Positions 29,267 to 41,905 of a DNA stretch of 64,000 nt are shown here, in pieces; position 1 is the stretch's first letter, and every line of letters begins with the position of its first letter. A program made the translations under genes and the position numbers. The notes under the pieces are model-generated. The model saw nothing but the letters and a program-made list of their open reading frames with translations. It made no database searches and was not told where the DNA came from. Source of the DNA: the human T2T-CHM13v2.0 reference genome, Homo sapiens; assembly GCF_009914755.1 (NCBI RefSeq), contig NC_060929.1; one strand, written 5' to 3'.

Positions 29267-30239
29267 TCAGCCAGTAAAAATCATGTTTTTAAAGATTATT
29301 TAATGATAAAGGGAAAATTTTTCCAAATTATATAATGTGCAATGAAAAAGCAACATAAAGCTGTAAATAAACTGAGATTTAAATTAGTTATAAAGCATGT
29401 GTACATATGTGCCTATTTACACATGCGTGAGAAAAAACCAGCAGGAAATATACTGAAATATGACTAGTGGTTGGGTGGTAAGCTTCTTAATTTTTTTTTA
29501 ATACTTTCCTATTATCTTCTTACTGTAGCATGGATTACTTCCCAAATCAAGGGGGAAGGTAGATGCTATCTTTAAGACAGTCATTCCCTGTCTTTTCAGT
29601 CCTCTGCTGCCACCATACCTAACTCCCCCCAACTCCCCTTCACTTGGTACCATGTTGAGCTGAGCTCTAGGTATCTTCCAGGCATGGGCCTTTAAAAAGA
29701 TCCTTTTCCTTGTACCTCTTGTACTTTCATGGTAATCGGGGCCATCTGTGACCTTGAAAGGACAGGTTTCTCCCCTGGTTATTATGAAATTCAGGAAGGG
29801 TAATTGATGCCAGGGACTACCCACCTGCCCTGGGCCCCCCTCGGCCTGACTGCTGACTCCACGCTCAGTTCCATCCCTAGAGGCTGCCCAGCAAGCCCCT
29901 TCCCAGGATTGAGAGAAAGGACACCGAAACTCACAGAAATTACCTTACCCTGTATGACCTGGTTAAAAAGAGGTTTCCTACTGGCTGGCATAAATGTTCC
30001 AGCTCTGCAAACTGATAGGTTTTATGGTGATAGAAAAGGAGCCTTTTAAAATAATTAAAAATAAAAGTCTCATTCGGTTTTGTTACTCTACAATTTTTAG
30101 GCCAAAGGAAAAACACAAAAAGGAGAAAAAAGAAAAATCAACCAAGAGCAGCCAGCCACTGGGAACATTAATACTTAATACCTGTGGAAGAAGTAGTTAT
30201 CTTATTTATAGTGTTCTTTCCTTGTGTTGCACTGGGTGC

Positions 30240-30420
30240 AAAAGGCTTTACAGACTTGCTCTCATGTGATCCTCAAATGAGCCCCAGGAGATAGGTAGGA
30301 TTATATTGTTAATTGGTACAGGAAGTTGAGGGTAGGGAGGGTAGCAGCCTGGTAAGGGCACAGTGCTTGGATTTGAACTCAGATCTGTGGACTCCAGAAC
30401 TCACCCTCGTAAAGAAACTT
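30240..30420 (-). mobile_element. MIR SINE
   Basis: tgatcctcaaatgagccc...ggatttgaactcagatctgtggactccaga. Confidence 0.6.
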
Positions 30421-30606
30421 CATATTTTGCCTTCCACCCAGTTTGTATTCTGGCAGGACTTCTTTGATTGAAGGGTTATTTAGAAACAGAAGGCCTTTTA
30501 TATGTATGTTCCTTTCTATTTGTATTTGTCTATGAATCTCTCATCTCTGTTCTGATCTTGCTTCATCACAGCATTTCCCTTTAATGCCACCTCATCTTTT
30601 CTTTAG

Positions 30607-30743
30607 AGTGGGAATAAGGTGTCAATCACTACTACCCCATTTGAAAACACATCAATCAAAACTGGACCAGCCAGGAGAAACAGCTATAAGAGCCGGATGG
30701 TGAGGCGGAGCAAGAAATCCAAGAAGAAAGAAAGTCTCGAAAG
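30607..30743 (+). CDS. MAST4: MAST4 coding exon ([18 protein letters not shown]...KKESLE)
   Basis: tttag/gttagt sites; PDZ end plus basic stretch. Confidence 0.95.
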
Positions 30744-32757
30744 GTTAGTAAAATCAGTATTCTTTTTAAGTTTGGTGTATACCTATGTTGGGGAAAAGTT
30801 ACCCCTTAATTAAATGCTTATATATGAAGAAGATCTATTTTTCTGTGAGAAATTTTATGTTATGGTTCACATATATGTATACATTAAAATCCATATTCAT
30901 AATAGCATCAACTTCCATAGTAAAAGGATTTACATATTTACATTGTGGAAGGATTCAGATTGTTTTTTATCATGTGTGAATGTCAGGAAAAGCCCTTTGC
31001 TGTTTTTTAAGCCTCTTCACTTGATTTCAGTTGAGTTGGATTGAGGAACTGGATCTTCAGGTGGTTTTTAACATTAAATCTACATTTAAAATGTCCTTTA
31101 CGTTATCAAAAAACAAACAGTTGCTATTTTTAAAATGCCAGATATTCTAAAATTACTGTTACCTTTAAAGGTTCCGAATAAGCCTAGAAATAAAAGGGCT
31201 TTGTTTTACTCACTGAAAAACGAACTAGCTTATATACTTTTGTAGCCTGGGAAGCACTGATCAGTATCTTTTTGTGCTGCTTGCAGACACTAGCAAGAGG
31301 TATGTGTTTCTGGCAGGGCTGTTTCTTGCCAGGCAGCTCTCTGGGTGTGCCTCCTTTGCAATGCCACAGCATTTCTTTACTCAATTGGGCCTGATGAGTC
31401 ACATCATATTAAAAGGATTTTTGATGATAGAAATGTAGAAAAACAAGCAAACGAAAAGCCATGTATTAACTCTGGGGGGAAAAAAAGTTATACAAGAAAG
31501 GAACAGAATTATGTTTCATATGGCCCAGCTGTGAACAATATTTATAATATAAGATAAAATACCGGCCGTTTTTCTAACCAAAAATTTTGCTTTCGCTATA
31601 TTGGGAAGAATAGAAAAGGGGAAATATATTTGGTTGCAAGGTAGAAGGTGGTTGTATAAGAGCTTAATTATCATCTTTCATAGTAGAAAATCAACAGGTA
31701 ATTTCTAAAACTGAAAAACTAAAAAATAGCAGTGTACAAACATTTAGCAATATGTAGACAAATGGGAGAAGAAACAGGTAAAAGAATACAAAGCGACTTC
31801 TTTGGGGAGTAGAGAAAAATTCGAGTAGAGGAGTTGCTGTTTTTCATTGTATGTTTATAGAAGTATTTGACTTTTTCACCCAAGTACATTTATTACTCTG
31901 ATTAAAATTACACACACATAAGATCTTCTTTATTATTATGCTTTATATTTTGGCTGTGCTTTAAATCATTTAGAACAAATTGTTTCAAGGGCTAGCAACC
32001 AGAAACTTTGTTTTAAGCTTATGTGGAGTGGGTTAGATCTTACCATATATAGGCTTATATGGTAAAAGAACTTTGCACAGCCCGATGCCCTGCTAAGGTG
32101 TCAGAAGCTGTGCTTTTGCCTTAAGATGTGCTCATTGAGTACCAAATCCACATTTGCTTCTGCTGCAGTACAGTGTCTGCTGCCCTGCTGATACGATACG
32201 CTTCAGCTTCACCTTTCTCGGTTTTTTCTATGTCGTTGTACAGCCTGCATTGTTGTTAGGAATATTCAAGAGCCCACAATGGAATAAGCACAGCAAATAG
32301 CCCTTCATTGGCCTCTGCCCAGCCTATCACCATTAAAGAATTTGATTTCCAATACAATGGTTTTGCTTCCAGAGGTTTACTTTGTATTATCTCTTAGTTA
32401 AGTTGTGTCTGCATATTTAGGGGTAGGTACTCAGAAGCTTTCAAGCAAAGAGCATCCTCCTCATATACCTAACAAGTAAATGAATGTATTTTTAATGCAT
32501 TTTATATTTTTCCTATTTTTCCAACTCTTCTTAAGTGTTTGGAATTGAGAGAGGCTCCATTGTCTACTATTAAATACTCTTCCTTTACATGTCATAAGAA
32601 GGTTTCTAATAGGAAAGTGGTGTTCTGCTCTTTAATAGGATCTGCTGTTGTATCCCTGTCCCTCACACGGAGTTATTGAGCTGAGCACAATGGTATTTTG
32701 GGGAGGCAGCAATAGTTCTGAAAGAAGACTGAACAATTTTTTCCTGTTTTTCTGTAG

Positions 32758-32939
32758 GAGGAGATCTCTTTTCAAAAAGCTAGCCAAGCAGCCTTCTCCT
32801 TTACTCCACACCAGCCGAAGTTTCTCCTGCTTGAACAGATCCCTGTCATCGGGTGAGAGCCTCCCAGGTTCCCCCACTCATAGCTTGTCTCCCCGGTCTC
32901 CAACACCAAGCTACCGCTCCACCCCTGACTTCCCATCTG
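32758..32939 (+). CDS. MAST4: MAST4 coding exon ([11 protein letters not shown]...STPDFPS)
   Basis: tgtag/gtgagt sites; frame maintained. Confidence 0.94.
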
Positions 32940-33297
32940 GTGAGTGAGTCTCCTGGTCTAAACAGCAGAGGGGAGGGGAGGTAAAGTCATGTGAGGTCCC
33001 CAAAAAACATGAAGCTTGTTCCAGCTGAAAGAAAGCAGGTTGAAGGTGTAAATTATAAAGACAGATTTATAGAGAGGTCATAAGATGTGGCTATTCTGAC
33101 CAAACAAATAAGTCAAGAAGTATGGGGCTAAACCTTGGCCTGGAGAGGTTTATCTGAAAAGTGTTTATTCCACTAGCTAAATGCTGAGACAATTTGCTGA
33201 TCTTACCTGGCCTTACCTAATACAGTCTGGGCTACAACTGTGAAAAAAAGGGGAAAATGACCATGGATGCTCACAGCCTTCTGTTTTCCATCCACAG

Positions 33298-36200
33298 GTA
33301 CTAATTCCTCCCAGAGCAGCTCCCCTAGTTCTAGTGCCCCCAATTCCCCAGCAGGGTCCGGGCACATCCGGCCCAGCACTCTCCACGGTCTTGCACCCAA
33401 ACTCGGCGGGCAGCGGTACCGGTCCGGAAGGCGAAAGTCCGCCGGCAACATCCCACTGTCCCCGCTGGCCCGGACGCCCTCTCCAACCCCGCAACCCACC
33501 TCCCCGCAGCGGTCACCATCCCCTCTTCTGGGACACTCACTGGGCAATTCCAAGATCGCGCAAGCCTTTCCCAGCAAGATGCACTCCCCGCCCACCATCG
33601 TCAGACACATCGTGAGGCCCAAGAGTGCGGAGCCCCCCAGGTCCCCGCTGCTCAAGCGCGTGCAGTCCGAGGAGAAGCTGTCGCCCTCTTACGGCAGTGA
33701 CAAGAAGCACCTGTGCTCCCGCAAGCACAGCCTGGAGGTGACCCAAGAGGAGGTGCAGCGGGAGCAGTCCCAGCGGGAGGCGCCGCTGCAGAGCCTGGAT
33801 GAGAACGTGTGCGACGTGCCGCCGCTCAGCCGCGCCCGGCCAGTGGAGCAAGGCTGCCTGAAACGCCCAGTCTCCCGGAAGGTGGGCCGCCAGGAGTCTG
33901 TGGACGACCTGGACCGCGACAAGCTGAAGGCCAAGGTGGTGGTGAAGAAAGCAGACGGCTTCCCAGAGAAACAGGAATCCCACCAGAAATCCCATGGACC
34001 CGGGAGTGATTTGGAAAACTTTGCTCTGTTTAAGCTGGAAGAGAGAGAGAAGAAAGTCTATCCGAAGGCTGTGGAAAGGTCAAGTACTTTTGAAAACAAA
34101 GCGTCTATGCAGGAGGCGCCACCGCTGGGCAGCCTGCTGAAGGATGCTCTTCACAAGCAGGCCAGCGTGCGCGCCAGCGAGGGTGCGATGTCGGATGGCC
34201 CGGTGCCTGCGGAGCACCGCCAGGGTGGCGGGGACTTCAGACGGGCCCCCGCTCCTGGCACCCTCCAGGATGGTCTCTGCCACTCCCTCGACAGGGGCAT
34301 CTCTGGGAAGGGGGAAGGCACGGAGAAGTCCTCCCAGGCCAAGGAGCTTCTCCGATGTGAAAAGTTAGACAGCAAGCTGGCCAACATCGATTACCTCCGA
34401 AAGAAAATGTCACTTGAGGACAAAGAGGACAACCTCTGCCCTGTGCTGAAGCCCAAGATGACAGCTGGCTCCCACGAATGCCTGCCAGGGAACCCAGTCC
34501 GACCCACGGGTGGGCAGCAGGAGCCCCCGCCGGCTTCTGAGAGCCGAGCTTTTGTCAGCAGCACCCATGCAGCTCAGATGAGTGCCGTCTCTTTTGTTCC
34601 CCTCAAGGCCTTAACAGGCCGGGTGGACAGTGGAACGGAGAAGCCTGGCTTGGTTGCTCCTGAGTCCCCTGTTAGGAAGAGCCCCTCCGAGTATAAGCTG
34701 GAAGGTAGGTCTGTCTCATGCCTGAAGCCGATCGAGGGCACTCTGGACATTGCTCTCCTGTCCGGACCTCAGGCCTCCAAGACAGAACTGCCTTCCCCAG
34801 AGTCTGCACAGAGCCCCAGCCCAAGTGGTGACGTGAGGGCCTCTGTGCCACCAGTTCTCCCCAGCAGCAGTGGGAAAAAGAACGATACCACCAGTGCAAG
34901 AGAGCTTTCTCCTTCCAGCTTAAAGATGAATAAATCCTACCTGCTGGAGCCTTGGTTCCTGCCCCCCAGCCGAGGTCTCCAGAATTCACCAGCAGTTTCC
35001 CTGCCTGACCCAGAGTTCAAGAGGGACAGGAAAGGTCCCCATCCTACTTCCAGGAGCCCTGGAACAGTCATGGAAAGCAATCCCCAACAGAGAGAGGGCA
35101 GCTCCCCTAAACACCAAGACCACACCACTGACCCCAAGCTTCTGACCTGCCTGGGGCAGAACCTCCACAGCCCTGACCTGGCCAGGCCACGCTGCCCGCT
35201 CCCACCTGAAGCTTCCCCCTCAAGGGAGAAGCCAGGCCTGAGGGAATCGTCTGAAAGAGGCCCTCCCACAGCCAGAAGCGAGCGCTCTGCTGCGAGGGCT
35301 GACACATGCAGAGAGCCCTCCATGGAACTGTGCTTTCCAGAAACTGCGAAAACCAGTGACAACTCCAAAAATCTCCTCTCTGTGGGAAGGACCCACCCAG
35401 ATTTCTATACACAGACCCAGGCCATGGAGAAAGCATGGGCGCCGGGTGGGAAAACGAACCACAAAGATGGCCCAGGTGAGGCGAGGCCCCCGCCCAGAGA
35501 CAACTCCTCTCTGCACTCAGCTGGAATTCCCTGTGAGAAGGAGCTGGGCAAGGTGAGGCGTGGCGTGGAACCCAAGCCCGAAGCGCTTCTTGCCAGGCGG
35601 TCTCTGCAGCCACCTGGAATTGAGAGTGAGAAGAGTGAAAAGCTCTCCAGTTTCCCATCTTTGCAGAAAGATGGTGCCAAGGAACCTGAAAGGAAGGAGC
35701 AGCCTCTACAAAGGCATCCCAGCAGCATCCCTCCGCCCCCTCTGACGGCCAAAGACCTGTCCAGCCCGGCTGCCAGGCAGCATTGCAGTTCCCCAAGCCA
35801 CGCTTCTGGCAGAGAGCCGGGGGCCAAGCCCAGCACTGCAGAGCCCAGCTCGAGCCCCCAGGACCCTCCCAAGCCTGTTGCTGCGCACAGTGAAAGCAGC
35901 AGCCACAAGCCCCGGCCTGGCCCTGACCCGGGCCCTCCAAAGACTAAGCACCCCGACCGGTCCCTCTCCTCTCAGAAACCAAGTGTCGGGGCCACAAAGG
36001 GCAAAGAGCCTGCCACTCAGTCCCTCGGTGGCTCTAGCAGAGAGGGGAAGGGCCACAGTAAGAGTGGGCCGGATGTGTTTCCTGCTACCCCAGGCTCCCA
36101 GAACAAAGCCAGCGATGGGATTGGCCAGGGAGAAGGTGGGCCCTCTGTCCCACTGCACACTGACAGGGCTCCTCTAGACGCCAAGCCACAACCCACCAGT

Positions 36201-37202
36201 GGTGGGCGGCCCCTGGAGGTGCTGGAGAAGCCTGTGCATTTGCCAAGGCCGGGACACCCAGGGCCTAGTGAGCCAGCGGACCAGAAACTGTCCGCTGTTG
36301 GTGAAAAGCAAACCCTGTCTCCAAAGCACCCCAAACCATCCACTGTGAAAGATTGCCCCACCCTGTGCAAACAGACAGACAACAGACAGACAGACAAAAG
36401 CCCGAGTCAGCCGGCCGCCAACACCGACAGAAGGGCGGAAGGGAAGAAATGCACTGAAGCACTTTATGCTCCAGCAGAGGGCGACAAGCTCGAGGCCGGC
36501 CTTTCCTTTGTGCATAGCGAGAACCGGTTGAAAGGCGCGGAGCGGCCAGCCGCGGGGGTGGGGAAGGGCTTCCCTGAGGCCAGAGGGAAAGGGCCCGGTC
36601 CCCAGAAGCCACCGACGGAGGCAGACAAGCCCAATGGCATGAAACGGTCCCCCTCAGCCACTGGGCAGAGTTCTTTCCGATCCACGGCCCTCCCGGAAAA
36701 GTCTCTGAGCTGCTCCTCCAGCTTCCCTGAAACCAGGGCCGGAGTTAGAGAGGCCTCTGCAGCCAGCAGCGACACCTCTTCTGCCAAGGCCGCCGGGGGC
36801 ATGCTGGAGCTTCCAGCCCCCAGCAACAGGGACCATAGGAAGGCTCAGCCTGCCGGGGAGGGCCGAACCCACATGACAAAGAGTGACTCCCTGCCCTCCT
36901 TCCGGGTCTCCACCCTGCCTCTGGAGTCACACCACCCCGACCCAAACACCATGGGCGGGGCCAGCCACCGGGACAGGGCTCTCTCGGTGACTGCCACCGT
37001 AGGGGAAACCAAAGGGAAGGACCCTGCCCCAGCCCAGCCTCCCCCAGCTAGGAAACAGAACGTGGGCAGAGACGTGACCAAGCCATCCCCAGCCCCAAAC
37101 ACTGACCGCCCCATCTCTCTTTCTAATGAGAAGGACTTTGTGGTACGGCAGAGGCGGGGGAAAGAGAGTTTGCGTAGCAGCCCTCACAAAAAGGCCTTGT
37201 AA
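33298..37202 (+). CDS. MAST4: MAST4 terminal coding exon, ~1300-aa Ser/Pro-rich tail ending SSPHKKAL*
   Basis: cacag acceptor at 33297; ORF 33267..37202; recognised MAST4 C-terminus. Confidence 0.96.
33340..34260. promoter_or_regulatory. CpG-rich segment (intragenic CpG-island-like) at the start of the MAST4 terminal exon
   Basis: visibly dense CpG/GC content against CpG-poor surroundings; not quantified. Confidence 0.55.
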
Positions 37203-37415
37203 CGGGGAGGGCCCAGGGGCAGGACTGTGGAGACCCGTCCTGAACGGGCGACTGTGTCTTGACTACCTTTCAAAACCAGCACTGTGTGGGAATGTCCGCC
37301 AGGCAGAGCTCGGAGCCTCATTGAGACAGGGGAGAGAGAAAGACAAAGAGGGGACCTTCTTCCAGATGCCTTCCCAGTTGTAACCGGTAAAACTGTTACC
37401 AGATAGTGTTTGTAC

Positions 37416-37444
<29 letters not shown>
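37416..37444 (+). repeat. A29 homopolymer in MAST4 3' UTR
   Basis: direct read; no adjacent Alu or L1 body. Confidence 0.95.
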
Positions 37445-37446
<2 letters not shown>

Positions 37447-39723
37447 ACCTTTACAGTTGAGGGTTGTTGAGGAAAATGATTTTCTTTGTAAATATATAGC
37501 ATCGTGTTTGGTTTGGGATGTAGAGTCTATACCTGGCTGCTGATTGCGTCGTTTACTACAGCTTTTTTTAAATAAGATTTTTGCTTTACCATTTATCATA
37601 ATGTAGTAATGAAGCAAAATGGTCAAAACTGGGTGTGTGTGAACAGAGATACACCCATATTCGTGTATATACACATCCACCTACATGTTTTGGTCTGTGG
37701 TTTAAGAGACTATTTCAAGGTTCCATTTTTATAAGCTAAAACATTCTAAGTTAAGATGGAAGAAAGCCCTAAACACAGTAGATTCTGAGTTTTTATGTGT
37801 ATTTTAACCAGAGTTTCTGATAGTACTGTATCTGGCTACCTATATTTCCAGATCTAAAGCAAGAACTACTCTAAGTACTGCATTTGGAATCCTCCTCCAT
37901 TAGGAATGGCCAGGACAAGTGGAGCTAGCCATTTTCATTACACGGCCATCCCAATGGACACTGGATCCCTGGTCCAACTGTCTAAAAGGCCAGTTGTTCC
38001 TTTCTGTGGATGTGGATGTCTGGCCTTCACCTGAGGTAGAGCGGGGACTATAAACACACATCAACTTTCTTTCTGTTTGCTTTCTTTTCCTTCTTTTCAA
38101 ACTCTTAAACTCAGGCCTTTATGCTGTGAGTGACTAGTCCAAGAAGCACACATTTTGTAGTAGTCCTGCACCAGCCCTGCTCTTGAATAAAAAGGAAAAT
38201 TACTGGCTGCACCCAAATCTTCTAGTACTTGAGTAATAAGCATCAGGCATTGGAAGAGGTTTTAAATTTGCTTTTTTGAGGAAAAGAACTGGGGGTGGAT
38301 TTTGGCATCGTAGCATATCGATTAAAGAATAATCAGGACATCAGATACATTTTAATACATAGCTGGGGCCTTATGTTGTAGATGAAGCTTGCTGTTTTTA
38401 GCAAGTTCCTGGGTTTCACATTCATTTCTGCTGCATCTAGTAGCTCCACACATTTCATAACCTGATCTCTTTATTTGTATGCAAAAAATACTGTCTTAAT
38501 ACAGAGCAGCATTTTTGTAACAAAGAGACTCGCTGGAGCTATTTGGTGCTTGAATGTGACCATCCTTTTTACTTTTGCTAAGCCTTATTTAAATTTTGTA
38601 TACCGTGGAATATGTAGAATTTGTCAAATCATTTTAGTGCTGAAGGTTTTTGATTTCTTGTTTTTGTTTCTGTTGTTGCAGTTTCTTTGGTGGCTTGTTT
38701 TGTATTGTAAGATGGCACTTGCTGATATAAATACTAAGGCACTAAGAGAAAATACAGATAAGTATTTATAAGTTGCTTGGGAACCATAGCAGAATTTTTT
38801 GTTTGGTTTTGTAAGAGAAAAAAAATTACCAATAAATAACTGATCTAGCACCCAAACTCTCTTGGGGGATGTCTTAGTATCTTCACGCTATAAAATTGTT
38901 CATCTAAGCACAGCATCATCTTATGGCCTTATGGATTGTAAATCTTCTAGTGAGGCTATAAACTCCACTCTGAAAACAAAGGCATAACTTAACCGACTGC
39001 TCAGTTGTCCTTCGTTGTAAAATGAATTGGCTTTGGGAAAAAGGAAAAAAACAAACAAAAAAAGAAAAAGAAAAAAGCCTCCTCCTTGCCCCTAATTTTT
39101 TTTTCCCATATGGTTTTAGCCATTCCCCATCACTATATTGTGAAGCTGTAAAAATATATATATATACTTTACAAGAGTTTACTAATGGATTTCAAAACTG
39201 GTCTCAACGTTTATAATACATATCTGTGTTTGGCAGTTGTCATAACCCAATCCTACATTCAGCCATCGGGACAAGTCTGTCGGGGAGGTAGTTCATGGTT
39301 TACAAGCCTTTGCTTTTTAACTGTCCAATTTCCTTTAAAGCACAACTAGCTATTTGTTTACAAATGATATTTTTATGTATATTTTGTATAGTGTATCATC
39401 ATTTTTGCCAAATATGTTTTTCATTATAAATGAGTAAAGAGTACTTAAGGTTGCATTCATGTATTACATGTTTGTTGTTGTAAACCTCTCCAATCAGCTG
39501 GTAGAAATTCTCCTCATTGTGTTCTATTTGGTCAGTCTCTGTGTGATTGTAGGATGTGCTCCTTGGTAGTACTCCCAGCTGTAGATTTACCAGCTTAAAA
39601 GTTTGTTAGGATCTGTGCAATAAAGTGTTTGCAGTCTTATTTTCTCTAAGAAATTCCTTATGGACGTCATAATTGTTGTATATTGAACAAAATATTTATA
39701 CTTATGCAGTTGCATAACATTGA

Positions 39724-39729
39724 AATAAA
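39724..39729 (+). terminator. Likely main MAST4 polyadenylation signal AATAAA (alternative at 39619-39624)
   Basis: canonical hexamer with a T-rich downstream element near 39760-39768. Confidence 0.65.
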
Positions 39730-39927
39730 AATTTAGCATGAAAAGATAATGACTCGTAAGTTTTTTTCTAATATACTCATATGCATTCCACCTCCAAAAA
39801 ATATTACTGATTATTACTCTGGTATTATGGAAAGGATAGGTTTTTACAGATTACTTTTTGCTGAGTGGAACAGTTTGCCTTTTTTTCTTAAAAATGTACA
39901 CAAATATTCTTCAACATTAAGTCCTTT

Positions 39928-40231
39928 AGCTGGGCATAGTGGTGCTCACCTGTAGTCCTAGCTATTTGGGAGTCTTAAGGCAGGAAGATGGCTTCAGCTA
40001 GGAATTGGAGACCAACCTGGGCAACATAGACCCTATCTCTACAAAAACTTGAAAAGTTAGCTGGGTGTGGTGGTGTACGCCTATTGTCCCAACTACTCAG
40101 GAGGCTGAGGTAGGAGAATTACTTAAACCCATAAGTTCAAGGCTGCAGTGAACAAGCTATAATTGTGCCATTGCATTCCAGCCTGGGCAACAGAGTGAGA
40201 CCCTATCTCCAAAAAAAAGAAAAAAAAAAAA
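39928..40231 (+). mobile_element. AluJ
   Basis: diverged dimer; TSD attaagtcct. Confidence 0.9.
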
Positions 40232-40419
40232 GATTAAGTCCTCTTTTAACTTCTTCCTATTTTTTTCTACCAACCTTTTTCCTTGCCTGCAGAACTTACC
40301 AACTTCTACACTCACACTCACCATCTTCCCACACTCAGGGGGTCTTGATTCTCCTTTCTCTGTGACACCACCACCACCTCCTCTCATTCTCTCACGAACT
40401 TGCTCCATCAATTACCATA

Positions 40420-41905
40420 GTCTGCCTCAGCATTCTCTTTTTCCTCCCCAACTGTCTCTTTCCTTTCAGAAAACCCTTTCTTTACCTGGCCTTTTCCCTC
40501 TGTCCCTTCTCAGGTGACATCCTACAAGAGGAGTCTGCACTTAGTATTTTTGGGTCTTCACCCCTTTGAAACCTGGCTCTGTCACCCATGCCATCAACAT
40601 CGCTCTGGTAGAGGTCACCAGTGACACAGCTGACTCTAAAGCCCTCTTGTCAAGACATCACTTCAGTAGACCATCTTGAGAACCGGTCTGTCCCTGACAG
40701 CCCTCTCTCCTAGTTGTCTTCAACCTGTTCTTTTTCTCTCTTTAGAGAATTTCTTCCTTGTCCTCTTGTCCCTTTAAATACTGGTGTTTCCTGGGTTCGT
40801 CCTTGGTCCCTGAGCATTTCAACTTGGCTCAGGCACCTCACACTCAAAATGTCCAAAAATATGCTTATTTTGGTGCCCCTTCTTTCAAAGCTCACTGTAT
40901 TCCCCATCTTTTCTCCGAGTCAGATCCTAGATTTCTGCCTAAACTCTTCTTTCTTGCCTTACATCTTAAAAAAAAAAAAAAAAAAAAAAAAGCTTCACTG
41001 ATTTCACAATATACTCTTCTGTGCAATCCATGTCCCGTCACTATTGTGCTACTGGCAGCCTTAGTTTGGTCTCTATCATAGTCTCTCTCCAGATGACCTC
41101 AACAGCCTCCTAACTGGTTTTCTTGCCTTCGCTCTTACCCCTTCTAGTCTGTTCTTCACAATGTCCCTAGAGTGATGTTGCTCAAGTGTAAGCACACCAT
41201 GTTACTACCCTGCTTTAAACCTTTAAGTAGCACCCATATTCTTCGGGTAAAGGCCAGTTCCTTAAATGTATCCTTACCCTAGATAACTCCAGCTCAGCAT
41301 GTGTGCTGGACTCAGACATCTGGAGGAAGCCTTTTGGAAAGGCCTGGACCGACCTGTGGACTGTCTTTGCTTCACTGTGTATCTGCCTCATGGCACTCAC
41401 TGCGTTATTTTGGAGTTACCTTTCTACATGTGTATCTTCTTTGCTAGACTTCAAGCTCCCTGGTTCTCTGTCTTGTTTTTTACTTCTAGGACAAAGCACA
41501 TCGGAGACATCAATAAGTATTTGCTGATATGGTTAGGCTTTGTGTCTCCACCCAAATTTCCTCTTAAATTGTAACCCCCATAATTCCCACGTGTCAAGGG
41601 AGAGACGAGGTGGAGTAACTGAATCATGGGGGCAGTTTCGCTCATGCTGTTCTCATGAGAACTGATGGTTTTATAAGGGGCTCTTCCCCACCCTTCGCTC
41701 AGCACTTCTTTCTGCCGCTGTGTGAAGAAGGTGGCTTGCTTCCCCTTTGCCTTCTGCCATGATTGTCAGTTTCCTGAGGCCTCCCCAGCCATGCTGAACT
41801 ACGAGTCAATTAAACCTCTTTCCTTTATACATTACCCAGTCTTGAGCAGTTCTTTATAGCAGTGTGAGAACGGACTAATACATTTGCTGGACCGAATTGA
41901 ACAAG
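40420..41905 (+). mobile_element. L2 LINE 3' fragment, its tail interrupted by a THE1 LTR
   Basis: pyrimidine-rich L2 body (aacagcctcctaactggt...) and tail caataagtatttgc|tggaccgaattgaa. Confidence 0.7.
41525..41882 (+). mobile_element. THE1D-like MaLR solo LTR
   Basis: TGATATGG...ACTAATACA termini; perfect 5-bp TSD TTTGC. Confidence 0.92.

Larger units (their letters stand above)
37203..39750 (+). other. MAST4: MAST4 3' UTR (end approximate)
   Basis: AT-rich stretch with no recognisable interspersed repeat after the stop, ending at AATAAA signals 39619-39624 and 39724-39729; interspersed repeats resume at 39928. Confidence 0.75.

Noticed and set aside
32040-32065. 10-bp inverted repeat TTACCATATA / TATATGGTAA
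   Set aside because: Short AT-rich stem plausible by chance in 64 kb
33203-37187. Many overlapping alternative-frame and antisense ORFs (e.g. 35107..35940, 277 aa) over the MAST4 terminal exon
   Set aside because: Expected shadows of a GC-rich coding exon; no recognisable domains
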